A stretch of 64,000 nt of DNA. It comes from a virus. Each line of letters starts with the position of its first letter. Within the stretch, counting starts at the first letter, position 1. Below, in pieces: positions 9,041 to 17,682 of this stretch. The stretch covers positions 1 to 64,000 of the IMG/VR virus record IMGVR_UViG_3300031111_000001; one strand, written 5' to 3'. The notes under the pieces were generated by a model, which saw nothing but the letters and a program-made list of their open reading frames with translations, was not told the origin of the DNA and did no database searches. The position numbers were made by a program, and so were the translations under genes.

Positions 9041-10347
9041 TCAAACGCAGCGGCGGTGGACTTGGATACGAGAAGTTCCAGTGGAAGCCCTTCTCTGAAA
9101 AAGCCCTCCGCTCCATGCGAGAGTCCACCCACAAACTCAATATCTGGGAGGGCGCAGTCCGATCCGGTAAGACGATCTCCTCGATTGTCCGATGGATGCA
9201 GTATTGCCGACAGGCACCACCCCACTACACGCTGTTGATGGTCGGAAAGACACTTGACTCGCTCAAGCGAAACATCATCGACGTGATCATTTCAATGGTG
9301 GGTCCAGCGAATGCACAATTCAAATTTGGTACACGCGAGTTCAACTTTTTCGGGCGCGTCATCTACACCGTTGGTGCGAACGACGAACGCTCTCAGGAGA
9401 AGATTCGCGGTATCACTCTTGGCGGGGCTTATTGCGACGAAATCACACTGTATCCCGAAAGTTTCTTCAGGATGCTCCGTACTCGTCTCTCGATGCCCGG
9501 CTCCAAGATGTTTTGCACCACAAACCCTGATTCTCCGATGCACTGGTGCAAGGTCGATTACATCGACAGGGCCGCTGAAGGGGTTTGCAAGGTCTTTTCC
9601 TTCAATATCGAGGATAACCCATCCCTTGAAGAGGACTACAAGGAGCAGTTGAAGCTGGAGTTCACAGGACTCTGGTATGACCGCTTCATCCTTGGGAAGT
9701 GGGTCCAGGCCGAGGGTTCCATCTACGACATGTGGGACACGAAGCAGCATTGCATGTTCTGCAATGACTTCCTGAAGAAAAAGAAGAAAAAGCAATTCAA
9801 ATACTACGTCGTCGGTATCGACTACGGCACCAGTAACCCCACCGCGTTCCTGATGATCGGGTACGATGAATGGGATGGGCCGAAATACGTGGTGAAGGAA
9901 TACTACTACAAGGGTGGGTCTACCGCCGGGACCGGGGCAACGCGACAATCGCTACCCCAGAAGACGGACGCCGAGTACCGCGCTGACCTGCACAAGTTCA
10001 TCGCGGGCTACCCCGTCACAGCCATCGTGCTGGACCCGGCTGCTGCCTCGCTCAAGATCGAGCTTCGCAAGAGCGGCTTGATCACCCGAGACGCCGACAA
10101 CTCCGTGTTGGACGGCATTCGATACGTCGGATCACTGCTTCATCAAGGCAATCTTTTTGTGGACCACTCATGCAAGAACCTCGCGAGAGAGTTTTCTGCC
10201 TACGTGTGGAACCCAAAGAAACAAGAAAAGGGCCTTGATGAACCCAAAAAAGAGAACGACCACGCTCTCGATGCTCTCCGGTATGCCCTGTACACCATCT
10301 TTGGTCAGGGACGCCTGGGCATCATCGGCGGCATGAACAAGAGGTAG
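9037..10347 (+). CDS. terL: terminase large subunit (PBSX-like)
   Basis: GAVRSGKT Walker A, YCDE Walker B, TTNP, GIDYGTSNPT and DHALDALRY nuclease motifs. Confidence 0.95.
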   Translation: MIKRSGGGLGYEKFQWKPFSEKALRSMRESTHKLNIWEGAVRSGKTISSIVRWMQYCRQAPPHYTLLMVGKTLDSLKRNIIDVIISMVGPANAQFKFGTREFNFFGRVIYTVGANDERSQEKIRGITLGGAYCDEITLYPESFFRMLRTRLSMPGSKMFCTTNPDSPMHWCKVDYIDRAAEGVCKVFSFNIEDNPSLEEDYKEQLKLEFTGLWYDRFILGKWVQAEGSIYDMWDTKQHCMFCNDFLKKKKKKQFKYYVVGIDYGTSNPTAFLMIGYDEWDGPKYVVKEYYYKGGSTAGTGATRQSLPQKTDAEYRADLHKFIAGYPVTAIVLDPAAASLKIELRKSGLITRDADNSVLDGIRYVGSLLHQGNLFVDHSCKNLAREFSAYVWNPKKQEKGLDEPKKENDHALDALRYALYTIFGQGRLGIIGGMNKR

Positions 10348-10350
10348 ATC

Positions 10351-10632
10351 ATGTATCAGGTTTCAATCAAGCTGAAGAATAAGTCCACAGTGCAAGGTGT
10401 TTTTGACACCTACACGAAGGACGATCAGTTCTTCCTTGCCTACGAGGTCGAGGAAGGCGAGATCATGAGCGAGTTGCAGGTTGCCCTGGACACGATCAGC
10501 CACATGACCATCCAGCGCGTTTTCCTCCAAGAAGAGGAAGAACAGCCTGCGGTCGAGAAAGAACCATGCATCGGATTCGATCTGTCCCCCGAACCCGAGT
10601 TCAATGACGATGACGAGGACTGCGAACAGTAG
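10351..10632 (+). CDS. acidic hypothetical protein
   Basis: GAGG RBS; 93 aa. Confidence 0.65.
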   Translation: MYQVSIKLKNKSTVQGVFDTYTKDDQFFLAYEVEEGEIMSELQVALDTISHMTIQRVFLQEEEEQPAVEKEPCIGFDLSPEPEFNDDDEDCEQ

Positions 10633-10727
10633 CCCTGACGCGCCTCCTGATGCCTTTTGGCTCCCAATGCGGCCCGTGAATCGTCTCGCCATTAAAAACG
10701 CGCCTGCGGGCGCGTAGGGACGTTTCT

Positions 10728-10818
10728 GGAAGGTAGCGCACAATGGTGTGCAACGGGGCTTGAAACCCTGGCTATCGGTGACGAGCCGATAGGGGTTCGA
10801 TTCCTCTACCTTCCTCCA
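10728..10818 (+). tRNA. tRNA-Ser(UGA), non-canonical, probably 8/4 fold
   Basis: anticodon loop CTTGAAA, long variable arm, TTCGATT T-loop, CCA end. Confidence 0.9.
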
Positions 10819-10819
10819 T

Positions 10820-10895
10820 GCCGGGATGGCTCAATTGGCAGAGCAGTGGATTTGTAATCCACAGGTTGTCGGTTCGACTCCGTCTCCCGGCCCCA
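10820..10895 (+). tRNA. tRNA-Thr(UGU)
   Basis: cloverleaf; loop TTTGTAA; CCA. Confidence 0.92.
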
Positions 10896-10896
10896 T

Positions 10897-10975
10897 AGGG
10901 GTGTCGCCAAGTGTGGTCGAAGGCAACGGGCTTTGATCCCGTCATTCGTGGGTTCAAATCCTACCACCCCTGCCA
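10897..10975 (+). tRNA. tRNA-Gln(UUG)
   Basis: cloverleaf; loop CTTTGAT; GCCA. Confidence 0.92.
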
Positions 10976-10984
10976 GTATTTTGC

Positions 10985-11158
10985 ATGTCTGCGGTGAAGC
11001 TGTTGGTTTGTGCGCCCCATGGAGGCAATCGAATTGGCGGTGGACCTGACCAGGGAACGCGGTGGTCCGCGAAGCGTGAAGGCCAAGCGTGGAGATCGCC
11101 AAGAGGCCGCTGCGGGGAGCCCGCAAGCCGGTTGGTTCAAATCCAACCAGACATGCCA
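10985..11158 (+). ncRNA. 174-nt tRNA-like ncRNA (acceptor stem + T arm + CCA, large structured insert)
   Basis: ATGTCTG/CAGACAT-G-CCA acceptor; GTTGG-TTCAAAT-CCAAC T arm; no canonical D or anticodon arm. Confidence 0.7.
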
Positions 11159-11210
11159 CGATAATATTCCTTCGCTAATCGAGCGTTAGCGAAAGAATAT
11201 TATCGTTTTT
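11159..11210 (+). terminator. long (~19-bp) hairpin followed by T tract (terminator or processing site)
   Basis: CGATAATATTCCTTCGCTAA...TTAGCGAAAGAATATTATCG-TTTTT. Confidence 0.55.
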
Positions 11211-11297
11211 GGGGGAGTGGTGGAATTGGTAGACACCCTGGTTTCAGAAACCAGTGTCGATAGCGGCGTGAGAGTTCAAGTCTCTCCTTCCCCACCA
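11211..11297 (+). tRNA. tRNA-Leu(CAG)
   Basis: loop TTCAGAA, variable arm, ACCA. Confidence 0.9.
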
Positions 11298-11301
11298 TCA
11301 T

Positions 11302-11378
11302 CTGTGCGTGGGGCAGTCTGGTAGCCCACCTCCTTCGGACGGAGGTCGTCGGATGTTCAAATCATCCCGCACAGACCA
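11302..11378 (+). tRNA. tRNA-Pro(CGG)
   Basis: loop TTCGGAC, C1-G72, ACCA. Confidence 0.88.
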
Positions 11379-11379
11379 C

Positions 11380-11454
11380 GTCACCATCGTCTAATGGATA
11401 GGACACCGGGCCTTCAACCCGTCAATCGGAGTTCAATTCTCCGTGGTGACGCCA
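11380..11454 (+). tRNA. tRNA-Glu(UUC), with C33
   Basis: loop CCTTCAA; GTCACCA/TGGTGAC acceptor; GCCA. Confidence 0.8.
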
Positions 11455-11460
11455 AATTTT

Positions 11461-11536
11461 GCTTTCATCGTCTAAGTGGGCAGGACGCTGGGTTTCCACC
11501 CCGGAAGTGTCGGATCGTGGCCGTCTGAAAGCTCCA
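11461..11536 (+). tRNA. tRNA-Gly(UCC), atypical T loop
   Basis: loop TTTCCAC; U73; T loop ATCGTGG; CCA. Confidence 0.8.
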
Positions 11537-11547
11537 AGGATCATATC

Positions 11548-11724
11548 ATGGAAAACCCCAACGAGATCGTCCGCGACCTCGCGATTCTGCTTCGCGAATA
11601 CTTCAATGGGAAAATCATCCTTCCTGACGATCCGGTCTACCGCCGGGCTGAACGCTATTTGGTCAGCCTGGGCGCACAGGCCGCGATCAAACGAATAAAT
11701 ACCACCCCGGCCCGGCACACCTAG
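11548..11724 (+). CDS. small hypothetical protein (58 aa) within tRNA cluster
   Basis: AAGGA RBS + ATG 11548. Confidence 0.5.
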   Translation: MENPNEIVRDLAILLREYFNGKIILPDDPVYRRAERYLVSLGAQAAIKRINTTPARHT

Positions 11725-11767
11725 CCTGTAATACCGAGAGACAAGGGGCTGGGGTGGTTAATTTTTC

Positions 11768-11845
11768 GGTCCTGTAGCTCCAATTGGATAGAGCGCGTGG
11801 TTGTCAGCCATGAGGTTGCCGGTTCAAGCCCGGTCTGGACCGCCA
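11768..11845 (+). tRNA. tRNA-Asp(GUC)
   Basis: loop TTGTCAG; GCCA. Confidence 0.88.
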
Positions 11846-11899
11846 TTTCATAACTGGTCTGAAATTCAAGACCCAACAAACTCAAGTGAGGAGAATCCT

Positions 11900-12298
11900 A
11901 TGCCCTGTGTCCCCCTGTCTGCCGCCAAGCTGCCCTTCCCGCATGCCGTGGAGAAGGCCGGTCTGCTGGCCGTCGAGAACATTCTGAGCGACGACACCGA
12001 CACCCCCGCCGTGGACCTGGAGGTCTACGAGTCCCAGATTCGCACCACCGGCTCTGCCGGGGCCGAGAATCTGGCCGTGCCCGATGGCTCTGTGGTCGGT
12101 CAGCGCAAGCTGCTGACCCTGGCTGTTCTGGGCGCTACGGGTGACTCCGTTGCCCTGGTCGCGACCAACATCCACAACGCCAGCGGCACCCAGGCCACTG
12201 GCGTGACCTTCGATGCTGCTGGCGAGTCTCTGCTCGTCGAGTGGACCGGCTCCGAGTGGCAGGCCATCTATACGACCGCCACCATCGCTACCGCCTAG
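11900..12298 (+). CDS. putative virion structural/decoration protein
   Basis: GAGGAG RBS; Ala/Thr/Gly-rich; highly biased codons; C-terminal VTFDAAGESLLVEWTGSEW beta motif. Confidence 0.6.
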   Translation: MPCVPLSAAKLPFPHAVEKAGLLAVENILSDDTDTPAVDLEVYESQIRTTGSAGAENLAVPDGSVVGQRKLLTLAVLGATGDSVALVATNIHNASGTQATGVTFDAAGESLLVEWTGSEWQAIYTTATIATA

Positions 12299-12319
12299 TA
12301 GTGAAGTAGGGAGGTTGGT

Positions 12320-12871
12320 GTGGGAACAGAACGCAAATTGCTTGTAATGGGCAGCGCGTACTGCCTGGATGCAGACCTGTCGAAAGTTGATGTCGCTGAT
12401 TACGACGTAATGGCAGTCAATCATGCAGGCGTGCATTATCCAGGGAAACTCCGCTACTGGGCGTCAGTGCATCCTGAGTTCTTCACCGGGAAGAAGAAGA
12501 TCGACTATATTGGAGAAAGAAAGTCTTGTGGCTACGACATGGACTTTCTCCTTGTGTTCCCTTGGAAGGACATTTGGACACCGGAGTGGCCGAAATTCAT
12601 CGAGATTCGATTCGACAAGCTGGCTGGAACATCGGGTTTATACGCCGCAAGGGCTGGACTGGCTCTTGGGTACACAGACATCACACTCGCCGGGGTTCCA
12701 ATGCGGGCTTCCGAAGGGAGCCTCCAGTACGGTGAAGTGTGGCCTGGGTTTCGGACCAGCAAAACAAAAAATGCCCATCGGAGCGCATGGATTCGCGCCA
12801 AGGACGAAGAGTTCAAGGGCCGAGTCAGATCGCTGTCTGGGTGGACGCGAGAGATATTGAGCGGTGAGTGA
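12320..12871 (+). CDS. Maf/DUF115-like (glycosyltransferase-like) Rossmann protein
   Basis: VMGSA, MAVNHA, GTSGLYAARAGLALGYTDITLAGVPM motifs. Confidence 0.55.
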   Translation: MGTERKLLVMGSAYCLDADLSKVDVADYDVMAVNHAGVHYPGKLRYWASVHPEFFTGKKKIDYIGERKSCGYDMDFLLVFPWKDIWTPEWPKFIEIRFDKLAGTSGLYAARAGLALGYTDITLAGVPMRASEGSLQYGEVWPGFRTSKTKNAHRSAWIRAKDEEFKGRVRSLSGWTREILSGE

Positions 12872-12907
12872 ACCTCGCCGGTTGCATGTTTTCGTGTGTT
12901 ATTACGC

Positions 12908-12983
12908 TGGGATGTAGCTCAGTCGGCAGAGCGGGTGCCTGTTAAGCATCAAGTCGCGGGTTCGATCCCTGCCTTCCCAGCCA
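12908..12983 (+). tRNA. tRNA-Asn(GUU)
   Basis: loop CTGTTAA; GCCA. Confidence 0.9.
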
Positions 12984-13002
12984 AAATTTTATGGAGAAAC
13001 GA

Positions 13003-13341
13003 ATGAGAGCCGCCCCTTATAACCTCTATGTCGAGACGGGTGCCGATCTGGACCTGAATCTGACGCTCAAGGACACGGACGGGAACATTATTGACCTGAC
13101 CGACTACTCCATTGAGGCCATGATCGCCCGCGACTACGGGGACGTAGCCGTGGCGGTTTTCACCGGGACCATTACCGACGCCGTGAACGGTGTCGCGAGT
13201 CTGTCCCTCCCCAATACCGAGTCGTCCAAGCTGACGTTCACCAAGGGCGTCTGGATCGTTGAACTGGTCGAGCCGAGCGGCAAGATCAGGCGCATCATCC
13301 AGGGCCGGGCGACGATCTCGCTGGGAGTGACCGATGCCTAG
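13003..13341 (+). CDS. BppU-like Ig-fold fibre adaptor protein
   Basis: GADLDLNLTLKDTDGNIIDLTDY..DAVNG..SL..TES pattern; GGAG RBS. Confidence 0.65.
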   Translation: MRAAPYNLYVETGADLDLNLTLKDTDGNIIDLTDYSIEAMIARDYGDVAVAVFTGTITDAVNGVASLSLPNTESSKLTFTKGVWIVELVEPSGKIRRIIQGRATISLGVTDA

Positions 13342-14938
13342 CACTGAATCCATCACCATCGAGCAGATAGGGGAACATGACCTCGCGCTCATCGGTGTGG
13401 ATGTAGTTGATGCTTGCGTGGTGGAAGTGTGGGAGCCCAGCCCCATCGTGGTGCAGGTTTCCGATACTGAACCCCCGGCCATCCTGATTCAGGATTCCAG
13501 CCCTGTTGCAATTGAGGTCGCCCAGGCCGTGGAGGCCGTCTCCATCGCCGTTCAGGGCGACGAGGCCATCGAGTGCATCGAGGTCGCTGTCGGGCTGACG
13601 GGTCCACAAGGCCCACAGGGCGAAGCTGGTCCCCAAGGTGAGCGGGGTATCCAGGGAATTCAAGGCCCGCAAGGCGAAACTGGTCCGCAAGGCGAACAGG
13701 GCATTCAGGGAGTCCAAGGAATCCAAGGTGAAACCGGCCCCCAAGGTGCTACTGGTCCACAAGGTCCACAAGGCGAAACTGGTCCGCAAGGCGAAACTGG
13801 TCCGCAAGGCGAAACTGGTCCACAAGGCGAAACTGGTCCGCAAGGCGAAACTGGTCCGCAAGGCGAAACTGGTCCACAAGGCGAAACTGGTCCACAAGGC
13901 GAAACTGGTCCACAAGGCCCGGAGGGTTCACAGGGTGAACAGGGCCTCCAGGGCGTTCAAGGTCAACAGGGTGAACAAGGCCCCCAAGGAATCCAAGGGG
14001 AGACTGGCCCTGCCGGGACAACCGATTACACGCAGCTTGAGAACGTCCCCGAGGTGTTCCCGCCGGATGAACATGCACATTCCTCACTTCAATATGCCGA
14101 TGAAGATTTTCTATCGTGTAGTGGATCATCAATTGATCTGAAACATAAGTGTGAGGGGAAAACCGCAAATACTTCTATGTCGTATAACGGCACAGTCGCA
14201 TCAGATACTGATTGGCACTGTATGTTCAACCAGTGTACCCGTGGTCGTGGCAGTAACCCAGACAATTTATCTCCCGTGCAAGACGGTGATTATCTACTTG
14301 CATTTAAGGGTATTGGTTGCGCGGCTGCTGGTGTAAATTTGAATGGTGGCGGTTTTTCATTAAGAGTTAATAGCACACCAGCCGATGGGGCATTTGCAAC
14401 AAAACTTGATTTTGATGTGCTTAGTGCTTCTGGTGTGGTTAAGCGGCTACAAATTCGAGACTCATCTCTTCAGTTTGATGGGCTCAATTTGCAAGCATGG
14501 AATAGCGCCAATATTGTAAGTGTATATATGTGGTCTAATGTTGACGTTCCAGCATCTGCTGTTGATTTTGCATGGTCTGGTGCCCTACTCAATGGAGCAA
14601 ATTGGGGTTTTACGAACGGCGATGATGTGCTTGAAATTCCGTCTACAAGATATTGGGATATTTATTGGAGTCTTGCATATGAGTGTTATGCATATACATC
14701 TCAGCCAAGAGTAAGACAATATTTATCTAAAAACGGTGCGGCCATTACGCCGATATATCAAGACCACACATTCGGGGCCGCTGGGGAATACGCCACACTG
14801 TCTGGAACGATAACCACGTATTTGACTGCTGGCGACGAAATAGGAATTTCTCGCCTGTTGCAGTCTGGAACAGGTACAATTCGCTCCAGGGCCAGCATGT
14901 GTTATTTTGGGATTAACCCAAGTGACAAAAGGATATAA
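13334..14938 (+). CDS. collagen-like fibre protein with C-terminal (C1q/BclA-like) head
   Basis: long Gly-X-Y tract; lower-GC C-terminal domain ending [10 protein letters not shown]. Confidence 0.85.
   Translation: MPSTESITIEQIGEHDLALIGVDVVDACVVEVWEPSPIVVQVSDTEPPAILIQDSSPVAIEVAQAVEAVSIAVQGDEAIECIEVAVGLTGPQGPQGEAGPQGERGIQGIQGPQGETGPQGEQGIQGVQGIQGETGPQGATGPQGPQGETGPQGETGPQGETGPQGETGPQGETGPQGETGPQGETGPQGETGPQGPEGSQGEQGLQGVQGQQGEQGPQGIQGETGPAGTTDYTQLENVPEVFPPDEHAHSSLQYADEDFLSCSGSSIDLKHKCEGKTANTSMSYNGTVASDTDWHCMFNQCTRGRGSNPDNLSPVQDGDYLLAFKGIGCAAAGVNLNGGGFSLRVNSTPADGAFATKLDFDVLSASGVVKRLQIRDSSLQFDGLNLQAWNSANIVSVYMWSNVDVPASAVDFAWSGALLNGANWGFTNGDDVLEIPSTRYWDIYWSLAYECYAYTSQPRVRQYLSKNGAAITPIYQDHTFGAAGEYATLSGTITTYLTAGDEIGISRLLQSGTGTIRSRASMCYFGINPSDKRI
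13763..13906 (+). repeat. 8 x 18-bp tandem repeat encoding (GPQGET)8
   Basis: GGTCC(A/G)CAAGGCGAAACT units. Confidence 0.95.
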
Positions 14939-14940
14939 CC

Positions 14941-15252
14941 ATGGCATTGCGTGTTTCTTCTCTTCACATCCCCGGTGAGGTCCAGATTGAGGACATCATC
15001 TACACGGCTGGGTTGACACTAATCGACGCCTACGTGGTGCTGGACCGCTTCACTTTTCGAAAGTCCGCCCCAGAGGCCGAGCGAGGCAAATGGGCGGCCC
15101 GCGTCTACACCGGCCATGGCGGCAACTTTGTGGCCCACGTTGGCTACGTCATCGGCCCTTGTGATACCAGTTCAGATGCCCCCGAGGCGACGGCGCAGGG
15201 TTATGCTCTCGCTAAACTGGACCCGCGTTTTGCAGACGCGGAGGACTGTTAA
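14941..15252 (+). CDS. putative fibre assembly/chaperone protein
   Basis: follows fibre gene; C-terminal QGYALAKLDPRFADAEDC pattern. Confidence 0.6.
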   Translation: MALRVSSLHIPGEVQIEDIIYTAGLTLIDAYVVLDRFTFRKSAPEAERGKWAARVYTGHGGNFVAHVGYVIGPCDTSSDAPEATAQGYALAKLDPRFADAEDC

Positions 15253-15283
15253 GTGGGCTTCGATCTGTCGCTAGGTAGATCAT

Positions 15284-15358
15284 GAGGTCGTAGCTCAGAG
15301 GCAGAGCATCTGGCTTTTAACCAGTTGGTCGAAGGTTCGATCCCTTCCGGCCTCACCA
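15284..15358 (+). tRNA. tRNA-Lys(UUU)
   Basis: loop CTTTTAA; ACCA. Confidence 0.92.
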
Positions 15359-15427
15359 TATTCACCAAGTGCAGTTCTCCTTGCTTTGGTTGGCCCGTGG
15401 CGGCGGGGCTAAACGCCGCCCATTTTT

Positions 15428-15510
15428 CTTAATGCCAAGGATTCTTGGCGTTAAGCCCCACAATGCCAAGGATTTTTGGCATTAAGTACCCCTCACAGCA
15501 TGCTGTGAGG
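15428..15510. repeat. two tandem palindromes AATGCCAAG-GATT-(C/T)TTGGC(G/A)TT plus a perfect 20-bp palindrome
   Basis: 15428-15455, 15462-15486; CCTCACAGCATGCTGTGAGG at 15491-15510. Confidence 0.8.
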
Positions 15511-15538
15511 CCAGCGGTGGCCTGTGCCCCGCTGCTTG

Positions 15539-15624
15539 GGGCGTATGGCCCGAATGGTAAGGCAGCGGACTGTAAATCCGTGCCCCGTAAGGGGTTGGTG
15601 GTTCGAATCCATCTGCGCCCACCA
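15539..15624 (+). tRNA. tRNA-Tyr(GUA)
   Basis: loop CTGTAAA; variable arm; ACCA. Confidence 0.92.
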
Positions 15625-15685
15625 GAATTTCAACACAAACTCGCCAATCCAATTTTGGATCGGCGGGTTTTTTATTGGAGGAACC

Positions 15686-17230
15686 ATGACCGTCGAGGAC
15701 AGCAAAGCAGCCCAGGTCAGTTCGATCATCGTTCGGCGACATCCCGAGTACCACCGGATGGTCAACAAGTGGGACTTCTGGCTCGACTCGTATCTTGCCC
15801 CTCTCGACGAGTATTCGATCAAATATCTCTTCAAGAACGAGAAAGAAGGCGATGACGAGTTCAAGCAGCGGTGCGAACGGGCATACCGCGAGAACCACAG
15901 CAAGCGTGTTGTGGACCTGATCAACACGTATCTCTTCAAAGAGGACGCCGTTCGTAAAACCGAAGACAAACAACTGAAGAATTTCATTGCAGACGCCGAT
16001 GGGCGCGGTCACAACCTGCGCCAGTTTTTCAAAGGCGTCTCGCTGTTCTCGTCCATCTTCGGGCGCGTTTATGTGGTCGTGGACCGCAAAGACCCGGAAA
16101 ACTACACCGGGACATACAAGGACAATCTGCAATCGTCCGTATACTGCTATCTGCTGCACCCGCAAGACGTGCTGGACATCGCTTTCGATGACTACGGCAA
16201 CGTCCGTTGGGCGTTGGTCAGGGAGCGTGTCCGTGACGATGAAGACCCATTCACATGCTCCGGTGAGATGCGGGATCGATACCGCCTCTGGACCGTTGGC
16301 AAGTGGTATCTCTGGGACGATGAAGGCAACGAGACGGGCAGCGGGAACACCGGCCTGGACTGCGTGCCGATTGTCCCAGTGAACAATGAAGAGACGTTGT
16401 CGGACTACTACGCGCCGTCTCTGATTTCCGACGTGTCGTATCTCGACAAGTCAATCTTCAATAACTACAGCCGCCTGGATGTAATCGTCGGGGATCAGAC
16501 CTTCTCCCAGTTGATCTTCCCTATCGAGGGTGCCCTGACGACTGCGGTGGCCGACGACCAAGAGATGCAGAAACAGATGATGGCCCGTGCCGTCAACCGC
16601 ATCCTGTTCTATTCGGCCAACAGCGAGGCCCGGCCCGAGTACATCTCGCCCGACGCATCCCAGGCCGAGTTTATTCTGAACATGATCCAGCACCAAACGA
16701 GGCAGTTGTATGCTTGTCTGGGTCTTCAGAACGAAGGCAATGGCGATACCAAGGACTACAAATCTGGACTCTCCAAGTCATACGACTTTGACAAGCTGAA
16801 CAAGTTGCTGGCCTCCAAGGCCGACAACCTTGAACAAGCCGAGATCAAGGTCTTCAACATCGTCAAGCAGTGGAAGGTCATCACTGCCGATGTCGAGGTT
16901 GATTACCCCGACGAATTCGACGTGAAGACTCTCGCGCAGGAAATCATGCTGGCGCAAGAGCTTTCGCTGCTGGATATCAGTCAGAAGTTCATCAAGGAGG
17001 TCTTCAAGCGCGTTGTCGCGAAGGCCCTGCCGAAGATTCCCGAAGAGAAGCTCAAAGAGATTCTCAAGGAAATCGAGGAGAAGGACTACGAGGCTGAGAT
17101 GGTGAAAGAGAACGTGTTCGACTTCGATCAGCAGAATAACGGCACCGACAAGGTCGCCGACAAAAAGAAAAAGGGGAAAGTTGGAGGTCGTCTCAAACAA
17201 GATCAGACGAAGTTTGATCAGGCCAATTAA
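15686..17230 (+). CDS. portal protein
   Basis: GGAGG RBS at 15686; HPEY...RCERAYRENH, NTGLDCVPIVPV; position upstream of scaffold/capsid. Confidence 0.85.
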   Translation: MTVEDSKAAQVSSIIVRRHPEYHRMVNKWDFWLDSYLAPLDEYSIKYLFKNEKEGDDEFKQRCERAYRENHSKRVVDLINTYLFKEDAVRKTEDKQLKNFIADADGRGHNLRQFFKGVSLFSSIFGRVYVVVDRKDPENYTGTYKDNLQSSVYCYLLHPQDVLDIAFDDYGNVRWALVRERVRDDEDPFTCSGEMRDRYRLWTVGKWYLWDDEGNETGSGNTGLDCVPIVPVNNEETLSDYYAPSLISDVSYLDKSIFNNYSRLDVIVGDQTFSQLIFPIEGALTTAVADDQEMQKQMMARAVNRILFYSANSEARPEYISPDASQAEFILNMIQHQTRQLYACLGLQNEGNGDTKDYKSGLSKSYDFDKLNKLLASKADNLEQAEIKVFNIVKQWKVITADVEVDYPDEFDVKTLAQEIMLAQELSLLDISQKFIKEVFKRVVAKALPKIPEEKLKEILKEIEEKDYEAEMVKENVFDFDQQNNGTDKVADKKKKGKVGGRLKQDQTKFDQAN

Positions 17231-17242
17231 CTAGGGGGCGAC

Positions 17243-17644
17243 ATGACCACAGACGAGCGTCTCGCCAAGGTGGAGGCCCATCTTAGCGAGGTGAAATCCG
17301 AATTGTCTGGCATGCGCGGCCACGGAGAGCAACTGAGTCGTTTGACGGCTATGGTCAAGGATATCAAGGACCAGCTTGTCGCGATTACCAATCAGGGGTT
17401 CAACCGTTGTGCCGAGCGTCTTCAGATGGTTCGGGCACTGGAACAAAGGGTAGGTCGCCTGGAGGGCGGCGAATTTCCTGCAATGACTGCAATGGAAGCG
17501 AATCAAAAGGCCATTCGTGATGAACTGAAGGACATCAAGGCCCGCCTGATGCCGCTTGAGAAACGCATTCTCATGTGGATTGGCGGCTTGGGTCTGGTGG
17601 CCTTCGCTGCGCCGTTCGTTTTCCGCTACCTCATGGCGGGGTAG
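17243..17644 (+). CDS. coiled-coil protein with C-terminal TM (XhlA/holin-like)
   Basis: ERLAKVEAHL coiled coil; hydrophobic C-terminus. Confidence 0.55.
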   Translation: MTTDERLAKVEAHLSEVKSELSGMRGHGEQLSRLTAMVKDIKDQLVAITNQGFNRCAERLQMVRALEQRVGRLEGGEFPAMTAMEANQKAIRDELKDIKARLMPLEKRILMWIGGLGLVAFAAPFVFRYLMAG

Positions 17645-17682
17645 TGTAAGCAGGGAGAACAACAACACTTTTAGGAGAAATC

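Noticed and set aside
10728-10818. Selenocysteine tRNA
   Set aside because: The anticodon is UGA (Ser), not UCA, despite the Sec-like shape.
10985-11158. tmRNA
   Set aside because: Too short, no G3-U70 alanine identity, and no evident tag reading frame.
11380-11454. Opal suppressor (UCA anticodon) reading of CCTTCAAC
   Set aside because: The correct stem register CCGGG/CCCGT gives loop CCTTCAA with anticodon UUC; the shifted register breaks the stem.
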